DNA of 64,000 bases from Mobula hypostoma (taxonomy: Eukaryota). Positions 12,480 through 25,100 of this stretch are shown in pieces (the first letter of the stretch is position 1; each line of letters begins with the position of its first letter). The position numbers and the translations under genes are program-made. Below the pieces are notes generated by a model. That model was not told where the DNA came from. It ran no database searches and saw only the letters and a list, made by a program, of their open reading frames with translations. Where the stretch lies: contig NC_086108.1 in assembly GCF_963921235.1 (NCBI RefSeq), positions 116,934,001 to 116,998,000 of the forward strand, written 5' to 3'.

Positions 12480-13308
12480 TGTCATGGTCCGGTCCGTGAA
12501 GTCCGTATTCTGGTTCACGGTCCGGTCCATCGACCCTTGCTCCAGGTTTTCCTGTCTACTCTGTTTCTGTTCTTGTTGAGCTCTAATTGAGGCAGCTGAT
12601 GCTCGTTGGGGCTGGCTGCATAAATACCTCCAGAGACCAGGCCGTGGCTGCTGGATTGTTCTTGTCCTTACTCCTTGTATCCCTTGCTCTGCCTTCTGTT
12701 TCCTCGCCTGAAGCCCTGCCTTGTCTTGCCGGTAACTCTCGCCTCGCCTGAAGTTCTTGCCTTGCCTTGCTTTGCCAGAAGCCCTGCCTTGTCTTGCCAG
12801 TAACTTTCGCCTTGTCTCGCCTGCAGTCTTGACCTGGATCCACCCTGTACCTAACTCCCTTCCTGTCCCTTGCCTCCGCCCAGGTAAGCGAGGCTGTCTC
12901 GCCGTTACCTGCGGTTGGTTCTGTCTCTTCCTGTCCCATGCCTCTGTCGGGTGGTGATCCACGCCCTGCCCCGGAGGAGTCTGCCTAGCCTCAAGCCTGA
13001 AGACTCCAGCCTCGCCTTGCCTCAAGTCTCCTGCCTCCAGACTCCAGCCTCGTCCTGCCCGCCTGCCAAACCTCGTCCTTGCCTAGTTCTGGGGTCCGAG
13101 CCAGAGGCAAGACCCAGGTACTGGGTCCTTGTCCAGTCTCTGGCTCGGAGTCCAAGCTCGGGCTCCTAGCTCTTTTGTCCAGTTCTGTTCCAGGTTCCTG
13201 GTTTTCCTGTCCATGTCCTTGCCATCGTCCTGTATCCTAGTCCTGTCCCTAGTACTTCAGTGTCTGTGTCTTGCACTTGGGTCCGTTCCCAGCCACCGCC
13301 TTATGACA
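12480..13308. mobile_element. Solo LTR (829 bp), probably Gypsy-type, 5-bp TSD AGTTA
   Basis: Termini TGTCAT...ATGACA. agtta at 12475-79 and 13309-13. TATA-like cataaata near 12619. Inserted in the C-rich satellite. Confidence 0.8.
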
Positions 13309-13313
13309 AGTTA

Positions 13314-14220
13314 CTTTCAACTCCATCTCCCCTATTCCTCACAAATCCTGTCTCTTCACCACTACTCGCACCCCTCTCAATCTCATCACCCTGCCATCTC
13401 GCCATTCCTCTCAAACCCTGTCTCTGCACCATCTCACTCTCAATCCCCATCTCTCCACCATATACCCACTGCTCTCAAACTCCATCCTCTACACCATCAA
13501 CCCCTTTCCTCTCAATCCTCCTCTCCTCACCATCTACACCATTGCTCTAAATCCCCATCCTCCTAACATCTCCTACATTCCTCTCAAAACCCATCTCCCC
13601 ACCATCTCACCATCCCTCAACCCCTGTTTCCCACCATCTCCCCCATTCCTTTCAACTCATCTCCCTATCAACCCCAATCCTCTCAAATGGTGGAGAAGAC
13701 TCAATGGGCTGAATGACCTACTTCTGCTCCTATATCTTATGGTCAAAGCCCATCCCCGGACCATCTCCCCATTATTCTCAAACCCTGTCTTCCTACCATC
13801 TGCCCCTTTTATCTCTAACCCCATCTCCACCTTTCCTCAGAAACCCTATCTCCCCACTATCTCTCCCATTCCTCTTAACTCCATCCACCCACCATGTCCC
13901 TCATTTCTCTCAAACCCTTCATCCCACCATCTCCCCCATTCCACTCAACCCCATCATCCCACCATCTCTCCGAATTACTTTCGACCCTATCTCTCCACCA
14001 TCTCCCCATTCCACTCAACACAATCGTCTCCAGTATTTCCTCCACCCCTTCCCCCACCCACCTCCTACTTCCTCCAGCCCCTCACCCCACCCTAGTCTCC
14101 CCGTGATCCCTCACTCACCACCACAACCCAACTCCCATCATTCCCCTCCACCATGTCAGCCGTACATCCACTACACCGGCATCCCTCCTTCCTGCCTTCT
14201 CCACGCCATCTCTAATCCAC
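13314..14220. repeat. C/T-rich degenerate satellite, last segment
   Basis: Same motif. A short CR1 3' fragment interrupts it at about 13686-13745. Confidence 0.8.
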
Positions 14221-14379
14221 ACAGCATGCCCAACAAACCATTGAGAGAATCATAGCATGAAAGAGGTGGACAAATTGGGAGAGAGGGACAGAGAGAAAGA
14301 CAGAGAATGAAAGACAGGTGGAGGGGGAGAGGGACAAACAAAGTTAGAGAAAGATGGAAAACGGATAAAGTTGGCTTAC

Positions 14380-14433
14380 CTGAGGACCAGCATCGCCAGC
14401 ATCACCCTTCAATCCTGGACTGCCAGGAATTCC
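14380..14433 (-). CDS. COL11A1/COL11A2: Type XI-like collagen, 54-bp triple-helix exon (GIPGSPGLKGDAGDAGPQ)
   Basis: tag|GGAATT...CCTCAG|gtaagc. Canonical 54-bp collagen exon with six Gly-X-Y triplets. Confidence 0.94.
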
Positions 14434-14545
14434 CTAAACAACAGGAAATTGAGAGAGATCAACGAGTATGGCAGTGAGATGGGTGAAACATCCATTATTC
14501 CAGACTGTGCTAATGGGGAGGCAAAACATTAACTTCTGACACCTA

Positions 14546-17500
14546 ATGGGAGGTGTGGGTGTTGATGATGGGAGGTGTGGGTGTTGATGATGGAAGGTGT
14601 GGGTGATGGTGATGATGGGAGGTGTGGGTGTTGATGATGGGAGGTGTGGGTGATGGTGATGATGGGAGGTGTGGGTGGTGATGATGGGAGGTGTGAGTAG
14701 TGGTAACGATGGGAGATGTGGGTGATGATGGGAGGGTGGGTGTTGATGATGGGAGGTGTGGGTGTTGATGATGGGAGGTGTGGGTGATGGTGATGGGAGG
14801 TGTGGGTGATGATGATGGGAGGTGTGGGTGAGGATGGGAGGTGTGGGTGATGGTGATGATGGAAGGTGTGGGTGGTGATGATGGGAGGTGTAAGTAGTGG
14901 TAATGATGGGAGATGTGGGTGATGATGGGAGATGTGGATGGTGCTGATGATGAGAGGTGTGGGTGATGATGGGAGGGTGGGTGTTGATGATGGGAGGTGT
15001 GGGTGATGGTGATGGGAGGTGTGGGTGATGATGGGAGATGTGGGTGATGGTCATGATGGGAGATTTGGGTGATGGTGATGATGGGAGGTGTGGGTGGTGA
15101 TGGGAGGTGTGGATGAGGATGGGAGCTGTGGGTGATGGTGATGATGGGAAGTGTGGGTAATGATGGGAGGTGTGGCTAATGATGGGAGTTGTGGGTGGTG
15201 GTGATGGGAGGTGTGGGTGATGATGGGAGGGTGGGTGTTGATGATGGGAGGTGTGGGTGGTGGTGATGGGAGGTGTGGGTGATGATGGGAGGGTGGGTGT
15301 TGATGATGGGAGGTGTGGGTGATGGGAGGTGTGTGTGGTGATGATGGGAGGTGTGGGTGATGATGGGAGATGTGGGTGATGGTCATGATGGGAGATTTGG
15401 GTGATGGTGATGATGGGAGGTGTGGGTGGTGATGGGAGGTGTGGATGAGGATGGGAGCTGTGGGTGATGGTGATGATGGGAGGTGTGGGTGGTGATGGGA
15501 GGTGTGGGTGATGGTGATGGGAGGTGTGGGTGATGGTGATAATGGGAGGTGGGGGTAGTGGTAATGATGGGGGCTGTGGGTGATGGTGATGATTGGAAAT
15601 GTGGGTGGTGCTGATGGGAGGTGTGGGTGGTGGTGATGATGGGACGTGTGGGTGGTGATGATGATGGGAGGTGTGCGTGATGATGGGAGGTGTGGGTGGT
15701 GATGATGGGAGGTGTGGGTGATGATGATGGTAGGTGTGGGTGATGATGGGATGGTGGGTGTTGATGATGGGAGGTGTGGCTGATGGTGATGATGGGAGGT
15801 GTGGGTGAGGATGGGAGGTGTGGGTGATGGTGATGATGGGAAGTGTGGGTGATGATGGGAAGTGTGGGTAATGATGGGAGGTGTGGGTGAGGATGGGAGG
15901 TGTGGGTGATGATGGGATGTGTGGGTGATGGTAATGATGGGAGGTGTGGGTGATGTTGATGGGAGATGTGTGTGATGATGGGAGGAGTGAGTGGTGATGA
16001 TGAGAGGTGTGGGTGAAGATGAGAGGTGTGGGTGAAGATGGGAGGTGTGGCTGATGATGGGAGGTGTGGGTGATGGTGATGATGGAAGGTGTGGGTGAGG
16101 ATGGGAGGTGTGGGTGGTGATGATGATGGGAGGTGTGGGTGGTGGTGATGATGGGAGGTGTGGGTGATGATGATGGGAGGTGTGGGTGATGGTGATGAAG
16201 GGAGGTGTAGGTGGTGATGATGGGAGGTGTGGGTGGTGTTGATGATGAGAGGTGTGGGTGATGATAGGAGGGTTGGTGGTGATGATGGGAGGTGTGGGTG
16301 GTGATGATGGGAGGTGTGGGTGAGGAAGGGAGGTTTGGGTGATGGTGATGATGGGAGATTTGGGTGGTGATGGGAGGTGTGGGTGATGATGGGAGGGTGG
16401 GTGTTGATGATGGAAGGTGTGGGTGATGGTGATGATGAGAGGTGTGGGTGATGGTGATGATTGGGGGTGTGGGTAGTGGTAATGATGGGGGCTGTGGGTG
16501 ATGGTGATGATTGGAAATGTGGGTGGTGATGATGGGAGGTGTGGGTGGTGGTGATGATGGGACGTGTGGGTGACGATGGGAGGTGTGGTTGATAGTGATG
16601 ATGGGAGGTGTGGGTGGTGATGGGAGGTGTGGGTGATGATGGGAGGGTGGGTGTTGATGATGGAAGGTGTGGGTGATGGTGATGATGGGAGGTGTGGGTG
16701 ATGGTGATGATGGAAGGTGTGGGTGATGGTGATGATGGGAGGTGTGTGTGGTGATGATGGGAGGTATGGGTGGTGATGATGGGAGGTGTGGGTGATGGTG
16801 AAGGGAGATGTGTGTGATGATGGGAGTTGTGGGTGATGATGGGAGGTGTGGGTGATGATGATGGGAGGGGTGGGTGGTGATGATGGAAGGTGTGGGTGAT
16901 GGTGATGGGAGATGTGTGTGATGATGGGAGGTGTGAGTGGTGATGATGGGAGGTGTGGGTGATGGTGATGATGGGAGGTGTGGGTGACGATAGGAGGTGT
17001 GGTTGATAGTGATGATGGGAGGTGTGGGTGGTGATGGGAGGTGTGGGTGATGATGGGAGGTGTGGGTGATGGTGGTGAGAGGTGTGGGTGATGATGGGAG
17101 GTATGGGTGGTGATGATGGGAGGTGTGGGTGATGGTGAAGGGAGATGTGTGTGATGATGGGAGTTGTGGGTGATGATGATGGGAGGTGTGGGTGATGATG
17201 ATGGGAGGGGTGGGTGGTGATGATGGGAGGTGTGGGTGATGGTGATGGGAGATGTGTGTGATGATGGGAGGTGTGAGTGGTGATGATGGGAGGTGTGGGT
17301 GATGGTGATGATGGGAGGTGTGGGTGACGATAGGAGGTGTGGTTGATAGTGATGATGGGAGGTGTGGGTGGTGATGGGAGGTGTGGGTGGTGATGGGAGG
17401 TGTGGGTGATGATGGGAGGTGTGGGTGATGGTGATGATGGGAGGTGTAGGTGGTGATGATGGGAGGTGTGGGTGGTGATGATCGGAGGTGTGGGTGGAGA

Positions 17501-20500
17501 TGATGGGAGGTGTGGGTGGTTATGGGAGGTGTGGGTGATGATGGGAGGTGTTGGTGATGGTGATGATGGGAGGTGTGGATGGTGATGACGGGAAGTGTGG
17601 ATGGTGGTGATGATGGGAGGTGTGGGTGATGATGATGGGAGGTGTGGGTGATGGTGATGATGGGAGGTGTAGGTGGTGATGATGGGAGGTGTGGGTGGTG
17701 TTGATGATAAGAGGTGTGTGTTATAGTGGTGATGGGAGGTGTGGGTGATGGTGATGGGAGATGTGTGTGATGATGGGAGGTGTGGATGGTGATGGGAGAT
17801 GTGGCTGATGATGGGAGGTGTGGGTGGTGATGATGGGAGATGTGGGTGGTGATGATGGGAGGTGTGGGTGGTGATGATGGGAGATGTGTGTGATGATGGG
17901 AGGTGCGGGTGGTGATGATAGGAGGTGTTGGTGATGATGTGAGGTGTGGCTGGTGATGGGATGTGTGGGTGATGATGGGAGATGTGGGTGGTGATGATCG
18001 GAGGTGTGGGTGGAGATGATGGGAGGTGTGGGTGGTTATGGGAGGTGTGGGTGAAGATGGGAGATGTGGCTGATGATGAGAGGTGTGGGTGATGGTGATG
18101 GGAGGTGTGAGTGATGATGGGAGGTGTTGGTGGTGATGATGGGAGGTGTGGGTGATGGTGATGATGAGAGGTGTGGCTGATGATGGGAGGTGTGGGTGAT
18201 GATGATGAGAGGTGTGGGTGGTGATGATGGGAGGTGTGGGTGATGATGATGGGAGGTGTGGGTGAAGATGGGGGGTGTGGGTGATGGTGGTGATGGGAGG
18301 TGTGGGTGATGATGATGGGAGGTGTGGGTGGTGATGGGAAGTGTGGGTGGTGATAATGGGCGGTGTGGGTGATGGTGATGGGGGAGGTGTGGGTGGTGAT
18401 GATGGGAGGTGTGGGTGAGGATGGGAGGTGTGGGTGATGATGGGAGGTGTGGGTAATGGTGATGATGGGAGGTGTGAGTGGGAATGATGATGGGAGGTGT
18501 GGGTTGTGATGATGTGAGGTTTGGGTGAGGATGGGAGGTGTGGCTGATGATGGGAGGTGTGGGTGGTGATGGGAGATGTGGGTGATGGTGATGATGGGAG
18601 GTGCGGGTGGTTATGGGAGGTGTGGGTGATGATGGGAGGTGTGGGTGATGGTGATGATGGGAGGTGTGGATGGTGATGATGGGAAGTGTGGATGGTGGTG
18701 ATGATGGGAGGTGTGGGTGATGATGATGGGAGGTGTGGGTGATGGTGATGATGGGAGGTGTGGGTGATGATGATGGGAGGTGTGGGTGATGATGATGGGA
18801 GGTGTGGGTGATGGTGATGATGGGAGGTGTTGGTGGTGATGATGGGAGGTGTGGGTGGTGTTGATGATGAGAGGTGTGTGTGATAGTGGTGATGGGAGGT
18901 GTGGGTGATGGTGATGGGAGATGTGTGTGATGATGGGAGGTGTGGATGGTGATGGGAGATGTGGCTGATGATGGGAGGTGTGGGTGGTGATGATGGGAGA
19001 TGTGGGTGGTGATGATGGGAGGTGTGGGTGGTGATGATGGGAGATGTGTGTGATGATGGGAGGTGCGGGTGGTGATGATAGGAGGTGTTGGTGATGATGT
19101 GAGGTGTGGCTGGTGATGGGATGTGTGGGTGATGATGGGAGGTGTGGGTGGTGATGATCGGAGGTGTGGGTGGAGATGATGGGAGGTGTGGGTGGTTATG
19201 GGAGGTGTGGGTGAGGATGGGAGATGTGGCTGATGATGGGAGGTGTGGGTGATGGTGATGGGAGGTGTGAGTGATGATGGGAGGTGTTGGTGGTGATGAT
19301 GGGAGGTGTGGGTGATGGTGATGATGAGAGGTGTGGGTGATGATGGGAGGTGTTGGTGGTGATGATGGGAGGTGTGGGTGATGGTGATGATGAGAGGTGT
19401 GGGTGATGATGGGAGGTGTGGGTGGTGATGATGGGAGGTTTGGGTGATGATGATGGGAGGTGTGGGTGATGGTGATGATGGGAGGTGTGGATGGTGATGA
19501 TGGGAAGTGTGGATGGTGGTGATGATGGGAGGTGTGGGTGATGATGATGGGAGGTGTGGGTGATGATGATGGGAGGTGTGGGTGATGGTGATGATGGGAG
19601 GTGTGGGTGATGATGATGGGAGGTGTGGGTGATGATGATGGGAGGTGTGGGTGATGGTGATGATGGGAGGTGTAGGTGGTGATGATGGGAGGTGTGGGTG
19701 GTGTTGATGATGAGAGGTGTGTGTGATAGTGGTGATGGGAGGTGTGGGTGATGGTGATGGGAGATGTGTGTGATGATGGGAGGTGTGGATGGTGATGGGA
19801 GATGTGGCTGATGATGGGAGGTGTGGGTGGTGATGATGGGAGATGTGGGTGGTGATGATGGGAGGTGTGGGTGGTGATGATGGGAGATGTGTGTGATGAT
19901 GGGAGGTGCGGGTGGTGATGATAGGAGGTGTTGGTGATGATGTGAGGTGTGGCTGGTGATGGGATGTGTGGGTGATGATGGGAGGTGTGGGTGGTGATGA
20001 TCGGAGGTGTGGGTGGAGATGATGGGAGGTGTGGGTGGTTATGGGAGGTGTGGGTGAGGATGGGAGATGTGGCTGATGATGGGAGGTGTGGGTGATGGTG
20101 ATGGGAGGTGTGAGTGATGATGGGAGGTGTTGGTGGTGATGATGGGAAGTGTGTGTGATGGTGATGATGAGAGGTGTGGGTGATGATGGGAGGTGTTGGT
20201 GGTGATGATGGGAGGTGTGGGTGATGGTGGTGAGAGGTGTGGGTGATGATGGGAGGTGTGGGTGATGATGATGGGAGGTGTGGGTGATGGTGATGGGAGA
20301 TGTGTGTGATGATGGGAGGTGTGGGTGGTGGTGATGGGCTGTGTGGCTGTGGGTGATGATGGGATGTGTGGCTGTGGGTGATGATGGGAGGCGTGGGTGA
20401 TGATGGGAGATATGTGTGATGATGGGAGGTGTGGGTGATGGTGATGATGAGAGGTGTGGGTGGTGATGATTGGATGTGTGGCTGTGGGTGATGATGGGAG

Positions 20501-20720
20501 GTGTGGGTGATGATGGGAGGTTTGGGTGATGATGATGGGAGGTGTGGGTGATGGTGATGGGAGGTGTGTGATGATGGGTGGTGTGGGTGGTGGTGATGGG
20601 AGTTGTGACTGATGATGGGAGGTGTGGGTGATGATGGGAGGTGTGTGTGACGATGGGAGGGTGGGTGTTGCTGATGGGAGGTGTGATTGGTGAATTGGTG
20701 ATGGGAGGTGTGGGTGGGGA
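14546..20720. repeat. ~6.2-kb G/T-rich satellite, core GATGATGGGAGGTGTGGGT (19 bp, varying by GAT/GGT triplets)
   Basis: Directly visible tandem array. Fills nearly the whole 6344-bp intron 14434-20777. Confidence 0.97.
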
Positions 20721-20777
20721 TGCACTGTGACCTCCTGTGTCCTTCCCACTGCCAAGTGGAGTGTTCCCAAAACTCAC

Positions 20778-20834
20778 CACTGGCCCCGACCTTCCTGTCA
20801 GTCCCATCGGACCAGCCGGACCTCTCATGGCAAT
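20778..20834 (-). CDS. COL11A1/COL11A2: Type XI-like collagen, 57-bp exon (IAMRGPAGPMGLTGRSGPV), start of the major triple helix
   Basis: cag|ATTGCC...CCAGTG|gtgagt. Matches the xALRGPxGPMGLTGRxGPV junction of clade-B collagens. Confidence 0.95.
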
Positions 20835-21699
20835 CTGTCAATAAAGAGACAAGAGTCACAATACAGGCAGACACTGGATGCAAGCAAACACGGGATACAG
20901 GAAAACTAGGTTCCCTGCCGAATACAGGCAAACACAGCCCACTGCTGGATACAAGCAAACAGAGCTCGCTACAGTATGTGTGAGAGAGCGAGACCACCCC
21001 ATCACAGACGCTCTGACAACTTGTGGAACAGGCCCTATTGACCACTGGCTGTGTATTTTGAATTTAAGCAGAACAACAGACTTCTCCGATCATCACACAT
21101 TAGCAGAGCCGTGTGCAGTTCTGGTCACCAGCTTTCGGAAGGAGTGCAGGAAAGATTTGCAAGGATGTTGCCAGGATTGAGGATTTAGGTTATAAAGAGA
21201 GACAGGTAAGGTAGGACTGTTTTCCCTGTAGTGGAGAAGGCTGAAAGTCACCACATAGAGGTTTGCAAATCATGTGGGGTATGGTAAGTTGGTAGATCTC
21301 AGTGTTTTTTCACTCCAGGGTTGGTGGTCTATCAGTACATGAAATAGGTAAAAGATGGTAGGGGAAAGATTGAAACAGGACCTAAGGGACAACACTTTCA
21401 CATAAAGTGGGGTGAGTATACGGAACAAGCTACTACAAGAAGTGGTTGAGGGAGCTACCATTGAGAAATTTCAAGAACACTTGGATAGGAAAGATTCCCA
21501 ACCTGGAGTCCACAGTCCCCTCAGTTAATGACAAGACTCTTGACGGATTGTGTATGGGTATGAGTGAAACAGGGCTCGTTTATATGTTGTGTTCTGCCGG
21601 GCGTACTGGACACGCTATGTTGATGCCAGAATGTGTGGCAGCACTTGTGACCTACCCACAGCACACCCTCGGCTGTGTTGTTAATGGGAGTGATGAATT

Positions 21700-22150
21700 T
21701 CAGAATCAGAATCAGAATCCTTTATTATCGCCAAGTATGTGGACACATACAGGGAATTTGATGCTGGTTTCCCTGAGCTCTCGCTGTACAGAATTAAAAA
21801 AAACAAACAAAACAATGGTGCAAATAATCATGAACTATATACAGTGAGGTATACCTGTGTATGTACAGGTGGACTTGGTTTATAATAGACTAAAATTCAA
21901 GTGTTCATAAGACTGATGGCATATGGAAAGAAACTGTTCTTGTACCTATTTGTCCTGGCATACAGTGATCTAAAGCGCCCACCAGAAGGAAGGAGTTGGA
22001 ACAGGTGAAGTCTGGGGTGTGATGGGTCTACAATGATGCTGCTTGCTCGCTTCCTAACTCTAGATGCATATAAGTCCTGGATCGAGGGCAACTTCACACT
22101 AATAATCCTTTCCACAGCCCTGACGGTTCTTTGGAGCCTATTCTTGTCAC
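21700..22150 (-). mobile_element. Rex1/Babar-type LINE 3' fragment
   Basis: ORF 21897..22115 has DPSHP..LFQLLPSG.R.RS...RT.R.KNSFFP.AI. (ATTCTG)n-type tail seen as cagaat repeats at about 21701-21718. Confidence 0.8.
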
Positions 22151-22194
22151 TGGATGTTTCAATGTATATGTGATAAATAAACTTGAAATTTGAA

Positions 22195-25100
22195 TCCTAG
22201 CCTCTTCCACTATAGGAACATCCTCTTCACATTTACTCTATCCAGACCTTACAATATTCTGTAGGATTCAAAGAGATTTCTGGTGAGTACATGCCCAGAG
22301 CCATCATATAGTTCTCATATGTTAATTTTTTCTTTCCTGGTATCATTCTCCCAGCAAGGTTAGATCACATGAGATCCAAGTGAGCTAGCCAATGAAATCC
22401 AAAGTTTGTTTGGTGAATGGAGTCAGAGGAGGTAGTCAGGTTGTTTCTCAGACCGAAGGCCTGTGACCGGTGGTGTGTGCCATAGGGATAGATATTGGGT
22501 CTCCTGTTTTTTTGTCACATACATTAACAATTTAGAATGTAGAAATCTACAGCACATTACTGACCCTTTGGCCCACAATGTTGTGCTGACCATGTAACCT
22601 GCTCTAGAAACTGCCTAGAATTTCCCTACTGCATAGCCCTCTATTTTTCTGAGCTCCTTGTACCTACCTAAGAGGCCCTTTAAAAACCCTATTGTATCCA
22701 CTTCCACCACCGCTGCTGGCAGTGCATTCCACACACCCACCACTCTCTGTGTAAAAAAACTTATCTTGACGTCCCCTCTATACCTACTTCCAAGCACCTT
22801 AAAACTCTGCCCTCCTGTGTTGGCCATTTCAGCCCTGGGAAAAAGCCTCTGACTATCCACACGATCAATGCCCCTCATCATCTTATACACCTCTATCAGA
22901 CACCTCTCATCCTCTGTCACTCCAAGGAGAAAAGGCCAGGTTCACTCAACCTATTCTCATAAGGTACACCTTCCAATCCAGGCAACATCCTTGTAAATCT
23001 CCTCTGCATTCTCTCTCTTAGATGAGAAAGTAGGTGGTGTAATCAGTCAGGCTGCAGATCACACCAACATTGTTGGTGTGGGGAGGTGGTAAAGTTTGTC
23101 TGAGGCTGCAATAGGATCTAGATCAACTGGGAAATGGGCCAGGGAATGGCAGATGGAATTCCACTCAGACAAGTGAAAATGGGAAGGTTATGTACCACAG
23201 AATCCAGGAACAGTGAGTTAGGCAGATTCAATAGTGGCTTAGAGAGAGGAAGCAGAGGGTGATGGTTGAAGATTGTGTAGAATAGAATAGAACATTACAA
23301 CACAGGAACAGACCATTTGGCCCACAATGTTGTGCCGAACTAACTAAAAAACAAATCAAAACAGCTAAATACTAACCCCTCCTACCTACATATCCTGCCA
23401 TCTTCCTTACATTCACGTGCCCATCTAAACATCTCTTGAAAGCCTCTGATGTGTAATTTGCCTCTACCACCATTCCAGGCAGCGCACCCCAGGCATCCAT
23501 GACTCTCTGAGTAAAAAACTTACACCTTATAGCCCCCTTGAATCTACCCTCTCTCACCTTCAATGCATGCCCTCTGGTATTAGACATTTCAACTCTGGGA
23601 AACAGATGCTCTCTGTCCACTCTCTCTATGCCCCTCATAATCCTGTAAATCTCTGTCAGATCTCCCCTCAGCCTCTGGCACTCCAGAGAAAACAACCCTA
23701 GTTTATCCAGACTATCTTGGTAGCACATGCCCTCTAAACTAGGCAGCATCCTGGTAAACCTCTTCTGCACCCTCTTCAAAGCCACAACATCCTTCCTGTA
23801 GTGGGCAACCAGAACTGTATGCATTTCTCCAGTTACTGTATGAGGACTATCTGGCAGCTCTTGGGCTGTATTCTCTGGAGTTCAGGAGAATGAGGGGGGA
23901 TCTCATCGGAACATTCCGAATGTTAAAAGGTCTGAACAGATTAGATAAGGCAAAGTTATTTCCTAAGGTAGGAGAGTCTAGACAAGAGGGCACGACTTCA
24001 GGATTGAAGGACGTCCATTTAGAATAGAGATGCGGAGAAATTAACTTAGTCGGAGGGTGGAAAATCTGTGGAATTTGTTGCCACGATCGGTTGTGGAGGC
24101 CAAGTCATTGAACGCAGAGATAGATAGATTCTTGATTAACCAGGGCAACAAAGGGTATGGGGAGAAGGCAGGGTAATGGGGATGACTAGAAGAATTGGAT
24201 CAGCCATGATTGAATGGCAGAGGAGGCTCGGTGGGCCAAATGGCCAACTTCTGCTCCTATATCTTATGGTCTTATGTGGCCTAACTAGAGTTTTTTTTTT
24301 ACGTTGCAACATAACCTCATGACTTTTGAACTCAATGCCTTGACTAATAAATGCAAAGCCTTCCATAAGCCGTCTTAACGACTCTACTGATCTCTGTAGC
24401 CACTTTCAAGGAGCTATGAACTTGGATCCCAAGATGTCTCTGCTCAGCAGCACACTAAAGATCTTGCCCTACCGTGATTCAATGCCTCACATTTCTCTGG
24501 GTTAAACTCCATCTGCCATTTCTCCGCCCATATCGCCAACTGATCTGTATCACACTGTATTCTTTGCCAATATTCTACAGTATCCACAACTCCACCAATC
24601 TTAGTATCATCTGCAAACTAACTAGCCCACCCATCTATATTTACATCCAGGTCATTTCTGTACATTACAAACAGCAGGCGTCCCAGCACAGATCCCTGTG
24701 GAATGTCACTAATTACTGACCTGCTGCTCGAATAAGTCTCTTCAACCACTAGCTTCTGTCTTCTGTGTGCAAGCCAGGTCTGAATCCAAACAGCCAATTC
24801 TCCACAGACCCCATTATCCTCTAATGAGAGACTTTGTCAAATGTTGTACTAAAATCCATGTAGACAACAACCACAACCCTAGCCTCATCAATCTCTCTCA
24901 TCACTTTGTGAAAGAAAATCAAACAAGTTGGTAAAGCACAACCTGCTGGCTCTCCCTAATTAGGCCATGAGTTTCCAAATGCTTATATATCCTATCACTA
25001 AGCATTTGCTCCAGCAATTTCCCTATAACCGATGTGAGGCTCACCGGTCTATAGTTTCCCTTGTTCTCTTCTTAAGTTGAGGTACAACATTAGCCACTTG

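Noticed and set aside
12477..13566. Gln/Arg/Gly-rich ORFs of 84-182 aa
   Set aside because: They lie within or run out of a solo LTR with internal short repeats and show no recognisable domain.
1..14379. Next collagen exon (GPRGxQG...GKxGxR type)
   Set aside because: No Gly-X-Y exon with AG/GT boundaries was found by eye. It probably lies beyond the window, though a miss cannot be excluded.
14434..21045. 2203-aa His/Pro/Thr/Ser ORF as a stand-alone gene
   Set aside because: It is a translation of a 19-bp satellite whose C/A-rich strand rarely forms stops, so several frames are open. It starts at a non-ATG codon and overlaps a collagen exon out of frame. Kept only as a read-through hypothesis.
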